From a virus: a DNA stretch of 64,000 nt. The position numbers were made by a program, and so were the translations under genes. Location of the stretch: IMG/VR virus record IMGVR_UViG_3300028840_001107. One strand, 5' to 3'. How positions within the stretch are numbered: position 1 is the first letter of the stretch; each line of letters starts with the position of its first letter. Positions 23,907-32,218 of the stretch are shown piece by piece. The notes beneath the pieces are model-generated. The model saw nothing but the letters and a program-made list of their open reading frames with translations, was not told the DNA's origin and did not search any database.

Positions 23907-26900
23907 TTAACCCATTCCTCTCTACTACCCAGCGTATCCACTGGTATGTGAAAATCGAAACCATTGAAGTATGCGTCTCCGGTATAGTCATCGTTAGCGT
24001 GACTAGCATCGCGGAACAAACGACACTTCAATATAGAACTAATAGTTTTGCCGGTACCAGAAAGAGCAGACCAAGCAGCTACCTGTTGGTCCCAAGCGGT
24101 ACCACTTCCATCATCTTCGACGTAGACTGTAGTTGAAGCAGCAAACGCAGCATCAACGTTCGCCCATGAGTATTCTAATCCCCAGCGTACTGTTCCAGTT
24201 CCCGTTCCTCCGGGAGACCAGTGGACGTGAGGGTAGATGTCCTCTCCTTCTTTGTAGTCGTGGTTTAACTGAACGTCGAAAAACACTTCCTGCTCCGTAC
24301 TATCATCGAAGCCCATGGCTTCCAAGTTACCGCTTGGAGCAAACGATTCCCAGTCAGGTGCCGACGAACCACGGCGGATAGCGTTAGGTGGAACCAACTC
24401 ATCCTTATAGGCAACGCTAGCCAACCGCAAAGTTTTATCGCTGTCGGTACTAACTACGAAGTCTCCATCAACGTTTGATAGAGTAACTTCACCGGCAGTT
24501 ATAGTCGGGTCATTGGTATTGTCCGGCAGCGAAAGAGTTGAATCGTTGTTAGCTGTAGGTCCAGTGGCTCCGTCTAACATCAAGTTACCCATCAAGTAGG
24601 TATTCTCAATCTCAGAAGAACCGATACGGCATTCGTCTAATGCGGAGACAACTTGCTTGCCGATAGCTATTCCGTAATGACCGGTACAGTAGGCTTGATG
24701 GCCGATGCAAATTTGATAGTGTTTATCGTCTGCTGCCGAAGCGTTGTAGCCTGACTCGTTACCAATCCAAACGTTGTAGCTTCCAGTCTCGTTCGTTCGC
24801 CCTGCTTCGTTACCGATAGCAGTATTACGTACGCCCTCAGTCGTACCGAAGAGAGATACCGCACCGATAGCAACATTCTCGTAACCGGTCGTACAAGCGT
24901 TAAGAGCAGCGTACCCAATCGCCATACAGTAAAAGGCTTCTGTGGCGGCCGGCATCGTAGCCGCACCAAGGGCTACGTTTCGGTAACCAGTCGTTATCGA
25001 ATTGAGGCAGTTGTAGCCGATACCAACTAAACCTTCGCAGTGGGTTCCGGCTACCGTCGGATTCATCGTAAAGTTACCGGCGTTCTCTCCGATGAATACG
25101 TTAAAGCCATCCGAGTCGGTAGGAGTGAAGTCGTGTATCCAAGCGTTGGAACCTTTGTAAACGATACCCGTTTGATCCGCTTCGGTAGTTTCGTTTAGGT
25201 AGAGGTCAGCGGTGTCTACCGTTAGGTCTCCGTTAGCCGTAACCGCTCCACCAGCTTCGATAAGTAACTCATCCGCAGAAGTTCCCGCTGGGCGTAACGA
25301 TATATCCTCCCCAGAAGCAGAGGCTATAGCGGCAGTACCATCGGTGCCTACCCAAAGAGCCATCGCTTTAGCTGTTCCGCCGTCGTCTCCGTATATCCTG
25401 AGGAAAGGATTCTCTCCAGCAGCCGCAGCTCTAAAGAACGCCGCGTCACAATCCGCCGTGAGTTGTAAGTCTAATCCAGCTTCACCGGTAGCCGTAGAAT
25501 TACACTGGACTACGGCATACCCGCCCGAAGCGTAGATATCAACAAACTCCGCGTCATCTTCGTCGAAGACTTTGAACCGTCCGTACTCTGTACCTGCTCC
25601 TTTTACTTGGGCGGTGATGATCGCGTTTCCTAGAGACGAGTCACCGGTAAACTCGAAAGCTCCAGCGTTTGTCTCAAAGAGGTTTACCGTACCGCTATGA
25701 CTCATCCTAAAGAAGTCGCTGCCCGTAGAGTCGACCACCTTCAAGGAGTTACCGTCTCCCCAGATTGTATCCGCTTCGATTAGTACGTCATTACCCGGTT
25801 CTAGTTTTAGATCCTCACCGCCAGAAGTCGTTATATTCGCTGTACCGGTAGCGTCTACGTAGAACGCCAATGCCCGTGTAGCCGACTCTCCGGTGTCGTA
25901 ACCGTAAACTCTTAGTACGGGGTTTTCACCGCTACCGGCTGCTCTAAAGAAAGCCGCATCGCAATCGCCGGTAAGTTGTAGGTCAAGTCCGTTCTCGCCA
26001 GTACCGGTAGAGTTACATTGGACTACAGCGTAACCCCCATCCGCGTAGATGTCTACGTACTCATCGTCGTCTTCGTCAAAGACTTTGATTCTGCCGTAGC
26101 CCGTCCCGATACCTTTAACCTGAACCGTGATACCCGCATTAGTCAAAGAGCTATCGGCGGTAAACTCGAACGCTCCCGCATTCGTTTCGAATAAGTTGAC
26201 GCTACCGCTATGACTAATATTCATGAAGTCAGTATCGGTACTGTCGTAGATTTTAATAGCACCACCAGCGTCAATTTCGATATCACCGGCTGCGATTTCA
26301 AGATTACCGTCTACCACCTTAACAAGACCATCTTTGAAGAGGTAGTTAGAACAGTTAAGGAACGTGATGCGTGACTCACTAGTATCTCCGTAAGCCATAC
26401 CAGTGGTAAATTGTAGGCGATCAGTACTTGTACCAGCTTCATTAGGTGTTCGTATTCTTAAACCGTCGTGGTCGTAGGTGGTACGTTCAGACCTGATAGT
26501 ACCTACACTCGCACCGATGTTTATTGTACTTTCAAGGTATACCCCAAGCCATCTATCAGTACTGTCTCCGAGAGTGTAGGTGTTCGTGGCATCAGGAAGA
26601 ACATCACCGGCAACCGTAAGGTCGGCGGCAAAATAACCATCACCGTTGACTTCAAGCTGGTAACCAGGATCGTCAGTACCGATACCGATGTAACCAGTCG
26701 TGTCTTCAAAAGTCAGATAGTTATATCCTCCACCACTGTTTTCACTATACAAGCCATAATTATCCCCATCATAACGACAGAATAAATCTACGGAGTCTGT
26801 GGTATCACGTAGGTGAAATAGATCACCGGCAGCCCCACCAGATTGTCTAGCATCTAAGAGGGCTGATGGGCTAGATGTACCTATACCAACGTAACCGGTT

Positions 26901-29900
26901 GTTTCCTTTATCCAAACCGCTTCACCTAGGGTACCCACCTTAAAAATAACATCGTCTAGATTGGTATTACCAAGCAGCAAGTTATCAGTATTGCTTACTG
27001 TGATGGTACTACGATAACTCCCGCCAGAATCTTCCCAACCAATGTACTCAGCATTTTGAAGGTATAGGTTGTAAGCCCCAGTGATGTATAAGTTCCCACC
27101 ACTTACCGTTAACCCACCCTCGATATCCACATCGCCCTGAAGGTAGGTATCCGTGATAGAAGAGTTGCCGATCGTGACTGTATTAGAACCGTTGCCGGTT
27201 GTATTCGCTCCGATGACTATTTCATTATCAACTCCATCCTCAAGAGCCAAGGTACTCTTACCGATATAGACCCCGTTCGAACAATCAGTTAAGTCAAGGT
27301 CACCGGTATAGTACATCCCGGCTCGATAACCAACCGCTACTGAACTTGATCCGGTGGTTATTTTGTTTAACGCTTGATAGCCTATAGCTACGTGGTTGTG
27401 AACAGTTTGTATATTCGCTAGAGTATAGGGACCAAGAGCGACGCAGTACTGCGAAGTTTGAGCTGACTTCATAGCCGTCTTACCGACTGCTACGTTGCTA
27501 TGCCCGGTGGTGATAGACTGTAAACTATCAGCTCCGATCCCAACTAGTCGTGAACCGTGGTACGTTTGAGTAGCTGTTGAACCGACAGTAAAATTGCCCG
27601 CATCTTCACCAAGAAAAACGTTATTACCTTCTGGTACCGCCCCACCTCCAGTCGCGTCGTGGAAGTTGTGTAAGAACCGCGTCCCGCCTTTAGTAATAAC
27701 GCCCTCACTAGAATCGTCGGTGTCTAATAGGTCGAAGTTACCTGCGAGTAGGTTTAAGTCTCCTCCACTTTCTAGTTCGAGAACTTCCGTACCGTCGAAC
27801 GCTCCAGCTGACGCCATGAACTTTAGCTTGTCACTATCGTCCCCATCGTTCCCGATAGTCCAACGGGTGGTCCCTGCTTCCTGGAAGGAAAGTTGGGAGT
27901 CTGCTCCAGAGGCTGAATCTACTACGATACGAGCATAAGCTTCACCGTTACTCTGCCCGTTGAAGTCTGCGATAATAATATCACCACTCGCAGCGTAGAC
28001 GTTTAGCTTGGCGTAACATTCAAAGTCGTCGGCATCTAATCTAAGATCTGCGAAATCCAAGTAGCCGTTCCCGGCAGACTCAACGTATACATCCCCACCA
28101 AAATCATTCTTCAAGTAGAGGTCTTCATCGGCGTCCATATAGAGCGAAGCGTCAACCGTAAACGAAGTGGTACGACACCAATAGATACCTCCTTCACTTA
28201 ACCCGTCTCGCCCCAACGCTATCTTTCCCGCACCCGAAGAAGGATCACCGAAGATACCTTTGTAGGTCGTATCTACGTCATTGGTATCTACGGCTAGAGT
28301 ACCGGCGAAGTAGTATTCAGTGATCCCACTGTTACCAATAGTACAAGTAGCATCGCCGTGACCTATCGCTGCGTAGCCGATGACTATTTCGTTTGACGAA
28401 CCATCCTCTAGGACTTCGGCTTCACCGCCGATTACAACGCAGTAGTTGGAAGTCTCTAGGTTATTATTCCCAGTGTAGTAGCGACCAGCGTTATGCCCGA
28501 TGAAGATGTTATTCTTACCAGAGGATACGTAGTAGCCGGTATACGAACCTAGCCCGATGTTATACTCTCCGGCTGTAGAGGTATAGAAAGATCCAAAGCC
28601 TACGTGATTGTTATAGCCCCCGTTGACGTTGTTCTTACCCGCGTTAGCTCCAAGGTAGGAGTTAGATATACCATCCTCCACTGAGTACCCTGCCCGATAA
28701 CCAACTGCTGTGTTATATCTACCGTTGTCTAGAGCTACTAACGCTTTTGCCCCTAAGCCGGTATTGTACGAAGCGTGATATACTTTAGTCGCAGATGCTC
28801 CGCCGGTATGGTTGCCCGCGTACTCTCCTAAGAAAGTGTTCTTACCAGCGGGTACCGCAGTGTCTCCGGTCTCATGACTATAGCTATGTAGAAAGCGATT
28901 GCCGTCTACTTCAATAACTCCGGCAGAAGAACCGATACAAGCTTCAAGTTCTAAGTTCCCGTGGAGGTCGATGTTGTTAGCTACGTCGAGGTCTCCAGTA
29001 GAGTCCAGCGACATCCTAACGGCTGAGTCTGTATAGAACCGTAAGGCTTGGGCGTCGAGATTACCAAAGTGAGTAGTTCCAGATCCGGCAAAGAATATCT
29101 CGTTGGTATCCATCCCTAAGCCGGTAGTCGAATCTCCGATTAACAACCAAGCATTGTCGAGGTTGGAAATACCTATAGTGCCATTAGAGACGATAATGGT
29201 GTGGGCGTCAGGTTCTACCTTAACGCGGTAACCTGTTGAACCTTCCGGACGCAGTTCTATAGTCTCTCCTGAAGATGAAGCTAAACACGCAGCCCCATCC
29301 GTGGCTACGAAGAAAGCTAGAGCTTTGGCTGCTCCTGCTACCGTATCGTAGCCGTAGACTCTCAAGTAGGGGTTCTCGCCATCGGCTACCCCTCTAAAAA
29401 ACGCTGCGTCACAGTCTCCGGTTAGCTGTAGGTCTAATCCGCTTTCTCCGGTACCAGAGGAGTTACACTGAACGACGGCGTAGCCTCCAGAAGCGTAGAT
29501 GTCTACCCACTCTGCATCGTCTTCGTCGAATACGCGGAGCCTACCGTACTCATTACCGGCACCCGCTACGTCTACCGCGATAATCGCATCGCCTAGGCTA
29601 CTGTCTCCGGTAAAGCGGAACGCTCCTGCCGTCGTTTCGAATAGGTTGTAGGTTCCGTTATGAGAGATGTAGAAAACGTCGGTGCTATTTAGATCGTTGA
29701 TAGCTACCCTACCCTCATCGTTCATGAAGATAGTTCGCTTGGCTCCGACGACTAGCCAAACGTCTTTAGTACCGGCTGAGAAATTTACTCTGGAACCCGT
29801 AGAGGAACGAAGGAGCGTACCGCGACTAAGCGAAGTAGAAGCGTGGGTGTAGACGGACTCGCAGATTTCCCATTCATCTGCTTCTTGGTGACGGATATGG

Positions 29901-30037
29901 ATAACGCATTCACCGCCGTCCGCAACGGTATCGTTGAACGACTCGTGCCAAGTAGTCGCTCCACCTACCGTTAACGCTCCGGTGCCGGTCGTTGTAGTAG
30001 TCTCTTCTACAACATCAAATAGCTCGTCTATCGTCAT
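23903..30037 (-). CDS. Giant modular fibre/adhesin-like structural protein (2044 aa)
   Basis: A single ORF of 6.1 kb. It contains three ~140 aa repeats and three blocks of short G/N/A-rich beta-helix-type repeats (e.g. NTAVGYRAGYS, NVAVGKTAMKS, NVAIGAVSLFG, similar to YadA-head/Hep_Hag-like repeats). The C-terminal ~190 aa is a distinct globular domain (HVHWSPGGTGTGTVRWGLEYSW). Confidence 0.85.
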   Translation of the reverse strand: MTIDELFDVVEETTTTTGTGALTVGGATTWHESFNDTVADGGECVIHIRHQEADEWEICESVYTHASTSLSRGTLLRSSTGSRVNFSAGTKDVWLVVGAKRTIFMNDEGRVAINDLNSTDVFYISHNGTYNLFETTAGAFRFTGDSSLGDAIIAVDVAGAGNEYGRLRVFDEDDAEWVDIYASGGYAVVQCNSSGTGESGLDLQLTGDCDAAFFRGVADGENPYLRVYGYDTVAGAAKALAFFVATDGAACLASSSGETIELRPEGSTGYRVKVEPDAHTIIVSNGTIGISNLDNAWLLIGDSTTGLGMDTNEIFFAGSGTTHFGNLDAQALRFYTDSAVRMSLDSTGDLDVANNIDLHGNLELEACIGSSAGVIEVDGNRFLHSYSHETGDTAVPAGKNTFLGEYAGNHTGGASATKVYHASYNTGLGAKALVALDNGRYNTAVGYRAGYSVEDGISNSYLGANAGKNNVNGGYNNHVGFGSFYTSTAGEYNIGLGSYTGYYVSSGKNNIFIGHNAGRYYTGNNNLETSNYCVVIGGEAEVLEDGSSNEIVIGYAAIGHGDATCTIGNSGITEYYFAGTLAVDTNDVDTTYKGIFGDPSSGAGKIALGRDGLSEGGIYWCRTTSFTVDASLYMDADEDLYLKNDFGGDVYVESAGNGYLDFADLRLDADDFECYAKLNVYAASGDIIIADFNGQSNGEAYARIVVDSASGADSQLSFQEAGTTRWTIGNDGDDSDKLKFMASAGAFDGTEVLELESGGDLNLLAGNFDLLDTDDSSEGVITKGGTRFLHNFHDATGGGAVPEGNNVFLGEDAGNFTVGSTATQTYHGSRLVGIGADSLQSITTGHSNVAVGKTAMKSAQTSQYCVALGPYTLANIQTVHNHVAIGYQALNKITTGSSSVAVGYRAGMYYTGDLDLTDCSNGVYIGKSTLALEDGVDNEIVIGANTTGNGSNTVTIGNSSITDTYLQGDVDIEGGLTVSGGNLYITGAYNLYLQNAEYIGWEDSGGSYRSTITVSNTDNLLLGNTNLDDVIFKVGTLGEAVWIKETTGYVGIGTSSPSALLDARQSGGAAGDLFHLRDTTDSVDLFCRYDGDNYGLYSENSGGGYNYLTFEDTTGYIGIGTDDPGYQLEVNGDGYFAADLTVAGDVLPDATNTYTLGDSTDRWLGVYLESTINIGASVGTIRSERTTYDHDGLRIRTPNEAGTSTDRLQFTTGMAYGDTSESRITFLNCSNYLFKDGLVKVVDGNLEIAAGDIEIDAGGAIKIYDSTDTDFMNISHSGSVNLFETNAGAFEFTADSSLTNAGITVQVKGIGTGYGRIKVFDEDDDEYVDIYADGGYAVVQCNSTGTGENGLDLQLTGDCDAAFFRAAGSGENPVLRVYGYDTGESATRALAFYVDATGTANITTSGGEDLKLEPGNDVLIEADTIWGDGNSLKVVDSTGSDFFRMSHSGTVNLFETNAGAFEFTGDSSLGNAIITAQVKGAGTEYGRFKVFDEDDAEFVDIYASGGYAVVQCNSTATGEAGLDLQLTADCDAAFFRAAAAGENPFLRIYGDDGGTAKAMALWVGTDGTAAIASASGEDISLRPAGTSADELLIEAGGAVTANGDLTVDTADLYLNETTEADQTGIVYKGSNAWIHDFTPTDSDGFNVFIGENAGNFTMNPTVAGTHCEGLVGIGYNCLNSITTGYRNVALGAATMPAATEAFYCMAIGYAALNACTTGYENVAIGAVSLFGTTEGVRNTAIGNEAGRTNETGSYNVWIGNESGYNASAADDKHYQICIGHQAYCTGHYGIAIGKQVVSALDECRIGSSEIENTYLMGNLMLDGATGPTANNDSTLSLPDNTNDPTITAGEVTLSNVDGDFVVSTDSDKTLRLASVAYKDELVPPNAIRRGSSAPDWESFAPSGNLEAMGFDDSTEQEVFFDVQLNHDYKEGEDIYPHVHWSPGGTGTGTVRWGLEYSWANVDAAFAASTTVYVEDDGSGTAWDQQVAAWSALSGTGKTISSILKCRLFRDASHANDDYTGDAYFNGFDFHIPVDTLGSREEWVK
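25290..25720 (-). repeat. Fibre intragenic repeat copy 3
   Basis: FFRMSHSGTVNLFETNAGAFEFTGDSSLGNAIITAQVKGAGTEYGRFKVFDEDDAEFVDIYASGGYAVVQCNSTATGEAGLDLQLTADCDAAFFRA...NPFLRIYGDD. Approximate borders. Confidence 0.85.
25800..26230 (-). repeat. Fibre intragenic repeat copy 2
   Basis: FMNISHSGSVNLFETNAGAFEFTADSSLTNAGITVQVKGIGTGYGRIKVFDEDDDEYVDIYADGGYAVVQCNSTGTGENGLDLQLTGDCDAAFFRA...NPVLRVYGYD. Approximate borders. Confidence 0.85.
29258..29683 (-). repeat. Fibre intragenic repeat copy 1 (aa ~119-260)
   Basis: FYISHNGTYNLFETTAGAFRFTGDSSLGDAIIAVDVAGAGNEYGRLRVFDEDDAEWVDIYASGGYAVVQCNSSGTGESGLDLQLTGDCDAAFFRG...NPYLRVYGYD. Confidence 0.9.
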
Positions 30038-30054
30038 AGTCTATCCTACAGTTT

Positions 30055-30492
30055 CTACTCTTCGTCTTCTCTAGCTACAACAACTGACTTGATCTTCTTA
30101 ACGTCGTCGTGGACCGCGTCAATCTTATCCTCTTGAGTAGCGTGCTCTTTTTGAACGATACCCATAAACTTGTCGGTGTCTTTGCTTACTGAGGCTACGT
30201 CGTCTAGTTTGCCGATGATCTTCTTCTGAGATAAAACTAAGCTCTCCATAGCTTCTGTAGTCTTATCCAGAAACTTTAGGTGGCCGTCAACGACTCGTGG
30301 ACCTAGCTTCCATCCTAGGATGTAGCCTAAGCCGCAAAGTAATACGACAGAGATACCAACCCGTTCGATGATACTCACCCAAGAGGCTACTTCTGCGGTT
30401 TCCGCTAGCAGTATTAGTCCAGTTAGATACCCCATAGCACAGCATGTCCTTCTTCTACTAGCCGTCGGTTTAAACAAATACCGTCTATCCAC
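30055..30492 (-). CDS. Membrane protein with two predicted TM helices and C-terminal coiled coil (holin-like candidate)
   Basis: GYLTGLILLAETAEVASWVSII and GISVVLLCGLGYILGW hydrophobic segments. The real start is probably the internal ATG at 30435 (MGYLTG), reducing the overlap with the SNase gene to 13 nt. Confidence 0.5.
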   Translation of the reverse strand: MDRRYLFKPTASRRRTCCAMGYLTGLILLAETAEVASWVSIIERVGISVVLLCGLGYILGWKLGPRVVDGHLKFLDKTTEAMESLVLSQKKIIGKLDDVASVSKDTDKFMGIVQKEHATQEDKIDAVHDDVKKIKSVVVAREDEE

Positions 30493-30797
30493 ACGATTGC
30501 GAGGATACGCTTAAACGAACCACGCTTGTCGTAGATCGTTCGAATAAGAAAAGTTTCGCCGCCAGCTAAGAGTTCGATGACTCTGTTTCTGGCTTTGTCC
30601 CAAGCTACTCGTTCGGACCGTTCAACGCACTGTATCCCGAGTAGCCGTATGGCTTGGTTATGAAGAATAGCTTCAAACCCTAGGTCGATGTCTGCGACTA
30701 TCGTATCTCCATCTATCGTACGTACGGGCGCAAACTCGTATACGTAACGGTCGTGAGGACTAGGCCTGGGGCCGAACAATCTATCTAAGTCGTCCAT
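30423..30797 (-). CDS. Staphylococcal-nuclease-like (thermonuclease/SNase) protein
   Basis: RTIDGDTIVADIDLGF...IRLLGIQCVE...YDKRGSFKRILAIVWIDGICLNRRLVEEGHAV follows the SNase pattern V.DGDT...vRL.GIDaPE...D.YGR.La.v...g..vn..Lv..G.A. Confidence 0.75.
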   Translation of the reverse strand: MDDLDRLFGPRPSPHDRYVYEFAPVRTIDGDTIVADIDLGFEAILHNQAIRLLGIQCVERSERVAWDKARNRVIELLAGGETFLIRTIYDKRGSFKRILAIVWIDGICLNRRLVEEGHAVLWGI

Positions 30798-30807
30798 GAC
30801 TAGTCTC

Positions 30808-31086
30808 CTAGGTTTTGTTTGCCTCTTCTAACATACGCTCTAGTTCTTCTTCTCCGTACAGAACCTTAAGCTGAGCTAGGTTGATACGTCCTATCGTTTG
30901 TTGAACCCACTTTAAGGCAGGAGTAATCACGATCGGATTTTGTTGAAGGAGACTAGCAATTTGAGTCACTCTCGGATCGATGTTTAGCTGTCCGCTAACT
31001 CCAAACATCGATTGTTCCATGACCTGGTTTTCGACGTCGATCTTATCTAACTCTTCAAGCATCTTCTTCGCTGGATTGTCCGCCAT
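30808..31086 (-). CDS. Hypothetical protein (92 aa)
   Basis: ORF track. RBS is CAGGAGAGTAAGCG. Confidence 0.55.
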   Translation of the reverse strand: MADNPAKKMLEELDKIDVENQVMEQSMFGVSGQLNIDPRVTQIASLLQQNPIVITPALKWVQQTIGRINLAQLKVLYGEEELERMLEEANKT

Positions 31087-31234
31087 CGCTTACTCTCCTG
31101 GAGGAGATAACGCCAAGCCTATGGATAAGCTCGTTGTTCTCTGACGCTAGTTTCGTAACGCTGTCGAGGGCTACGCGGTCTATCTCACGTTGCTTCTCGA
31201 AATGGTTTTTTAAGAACTCCTCTTGGTACGTCAT
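31055..31234 (-). CDS. Small hypothetical protein (59 aa)
   Basis: Own reading: the ATG at 31234 overlaps the upstream stop (ATGA). MTYQEEFLKNHFEKQREIDRVALDSVTKLASENNELIHRLGVISSRRVSDGGQSSEEDA. One residue under the track cutoff. Confidence 0.4.
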   Translation of the reverse strand: MTYQEEFLKNHFEKQREIDRVALDSVTKLASENNELIHRLGVISSRRVSDGGQSSEEDA

Positions 31235-31701
31235 GGTAGGTGCTCTCCTCTATCTTCAAGGTACTGAAGCGGAGACTGGTATTGAGGAACTTCCTGCCTC
31301 TCTACTGCGGGTGTACTCTGGGACTCTGGCGGTTTCGTACCTGCAGCCCACCAGCCGAGAGTCCCAGCGGTTACTAGGGCAGCGGCAGACCCCAGTACCA
31401 TAGCTGCTTTTTTCCAAGGATCTGTATCTGAGGTTGCTACTACCGGTTGGGGCGTAGTCGGTTCTGCTACATCGGACTTGATGTGCTCTACTACGATACG
31501 TTCGGTTCTTGGTACCTCTACCGTCCGCTGTACCTCTACCGTTTGGGGTTCGATAGTATCGTTTGGATCTTGCGGAACGCCGTGCTTAGCTTGGGCGTTA
31601 TACCGGAAGAATCGGGTTAACTTGTTTCGTTCTGCGATAGCGTCGGATGCGACTCGCAGAACTTTGTTCCGGACGTCTGGATTTATAGTCGCATCGTTCA
31701 T
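31231..31701 (-). CDS. C-terminally membrane-anchored protein (156 aa)
   Basis: Hydrophobic AAMVLGSAAALVTAGTLGWWAA near the C-terminus. ORF track. Confidence 0.55.
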   Translation of the reverse strand: MNDATINPDVRNKVLRVASDAIAERNKLTRFFRYNAQAKHGVPQDPNDTIEPQTVEVQRTVEVPRTERIVVEHIKSDVAEPTTPQPVVATSDTDPWKKAAMVLGSAAALVTAGTLGWWAAGTKPPESQSTPAVERQEVPQYQSPLQYLEDRGEHLP

Positions 31702-31865
31702 GAGTTTTTTAACATCTCCTCCACGGACGTATCGTTGATAGTTTTCAACGCCGCGATGTTACCGATTGCTTCTTCGCAAAGGTATTGGTGATTCTTACCT
31801 ACCTGATGATTGGCGGCTATCTCCTTAAGGGCCTCATCCCAAATTTCGTCGATTTCTTCAGACAT
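31698..31865 (-). CDS. Small acidic protein (55 aa)
   Basis: Own reading: MSEEIDEIWDEALKEIAANHQVGKNHQYLCEEAIGNIAALKTINDTSVEEMLKNS. Stop overlaps the next start (ATGA). Confidence 0.45.
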   Translation of the reverse strand: MSEEIDEIWDEALKEIAANHQVGKNHQYLCEEAIGNIAALKTINDTSVEEMLKNS

Positions 31866-31878
31866 AGTACCGCTCCCA

Positions 31879-31920
31879 GTTTAGTAAAGCAGCGGTCCAC
31901 CCGCTAAGATAGACCGCTGC
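31879..31920 (-). terminator. Hairpin with weak U-tract after the 74 aa gene
   Basis: GCAGCGGTC/GACCGCTGC 9 bp stem (31889-31897 / 31912-31920), followed on the minus strand by TTTACTAAAC. Confidence 0.4.
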
Positions 31921-31964
31921 CCTAGCCCGTCATCCCTTAACATGGCTATAGTCTCAGTCGATGA

Positions 31965-32189
31965 CTAGGCTCCAACGTCACCCTTCGGGACGTATACCGA
32001 ACTACGCAACGCGGCCATCGTAGCTGCGTCGTCGGCTACTCCGCCAGCCTGCTGGATGAGCGTCGAGTTGATAACGCCCAAACCTTGAACCAAGTTTCTG
32101 TCGACCACGCCGGTCAACCTAGCACTCTCGCGTGCCCCAGCCATACCTTCCATCTTGAGAAGATCAGCAACGTTTTCGTCCAACGCCAT
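31965..32189 (-). CDS. Hypothetical protein (74 aa, Ala/Gly/Val-rich)
   Basis: ORF track. Followed by a hairpin. Confidence 0.55.
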   Translation of the reverse strand: MALDENVADLLKMEGMAGARESARLTGVVDRNLVQGLGVINSTLIQQAGGVADDAATMAALRSSVYVPKGDVGA

Positions 32190-32218
32190 TTCTAACTCCT
32201 TACCGCTATCGCGGAGCT

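Noticed and set aside
25290-29683. The large direct repeats might indicate a mobile element, duplicated genes or a CRISPR-like array
   Set aside because: The repeats are in frame within one continuous 2044 aa ORF and have diverged at synonymous sites, with no spacers or terminal inverted repeats. They are domain duplications.
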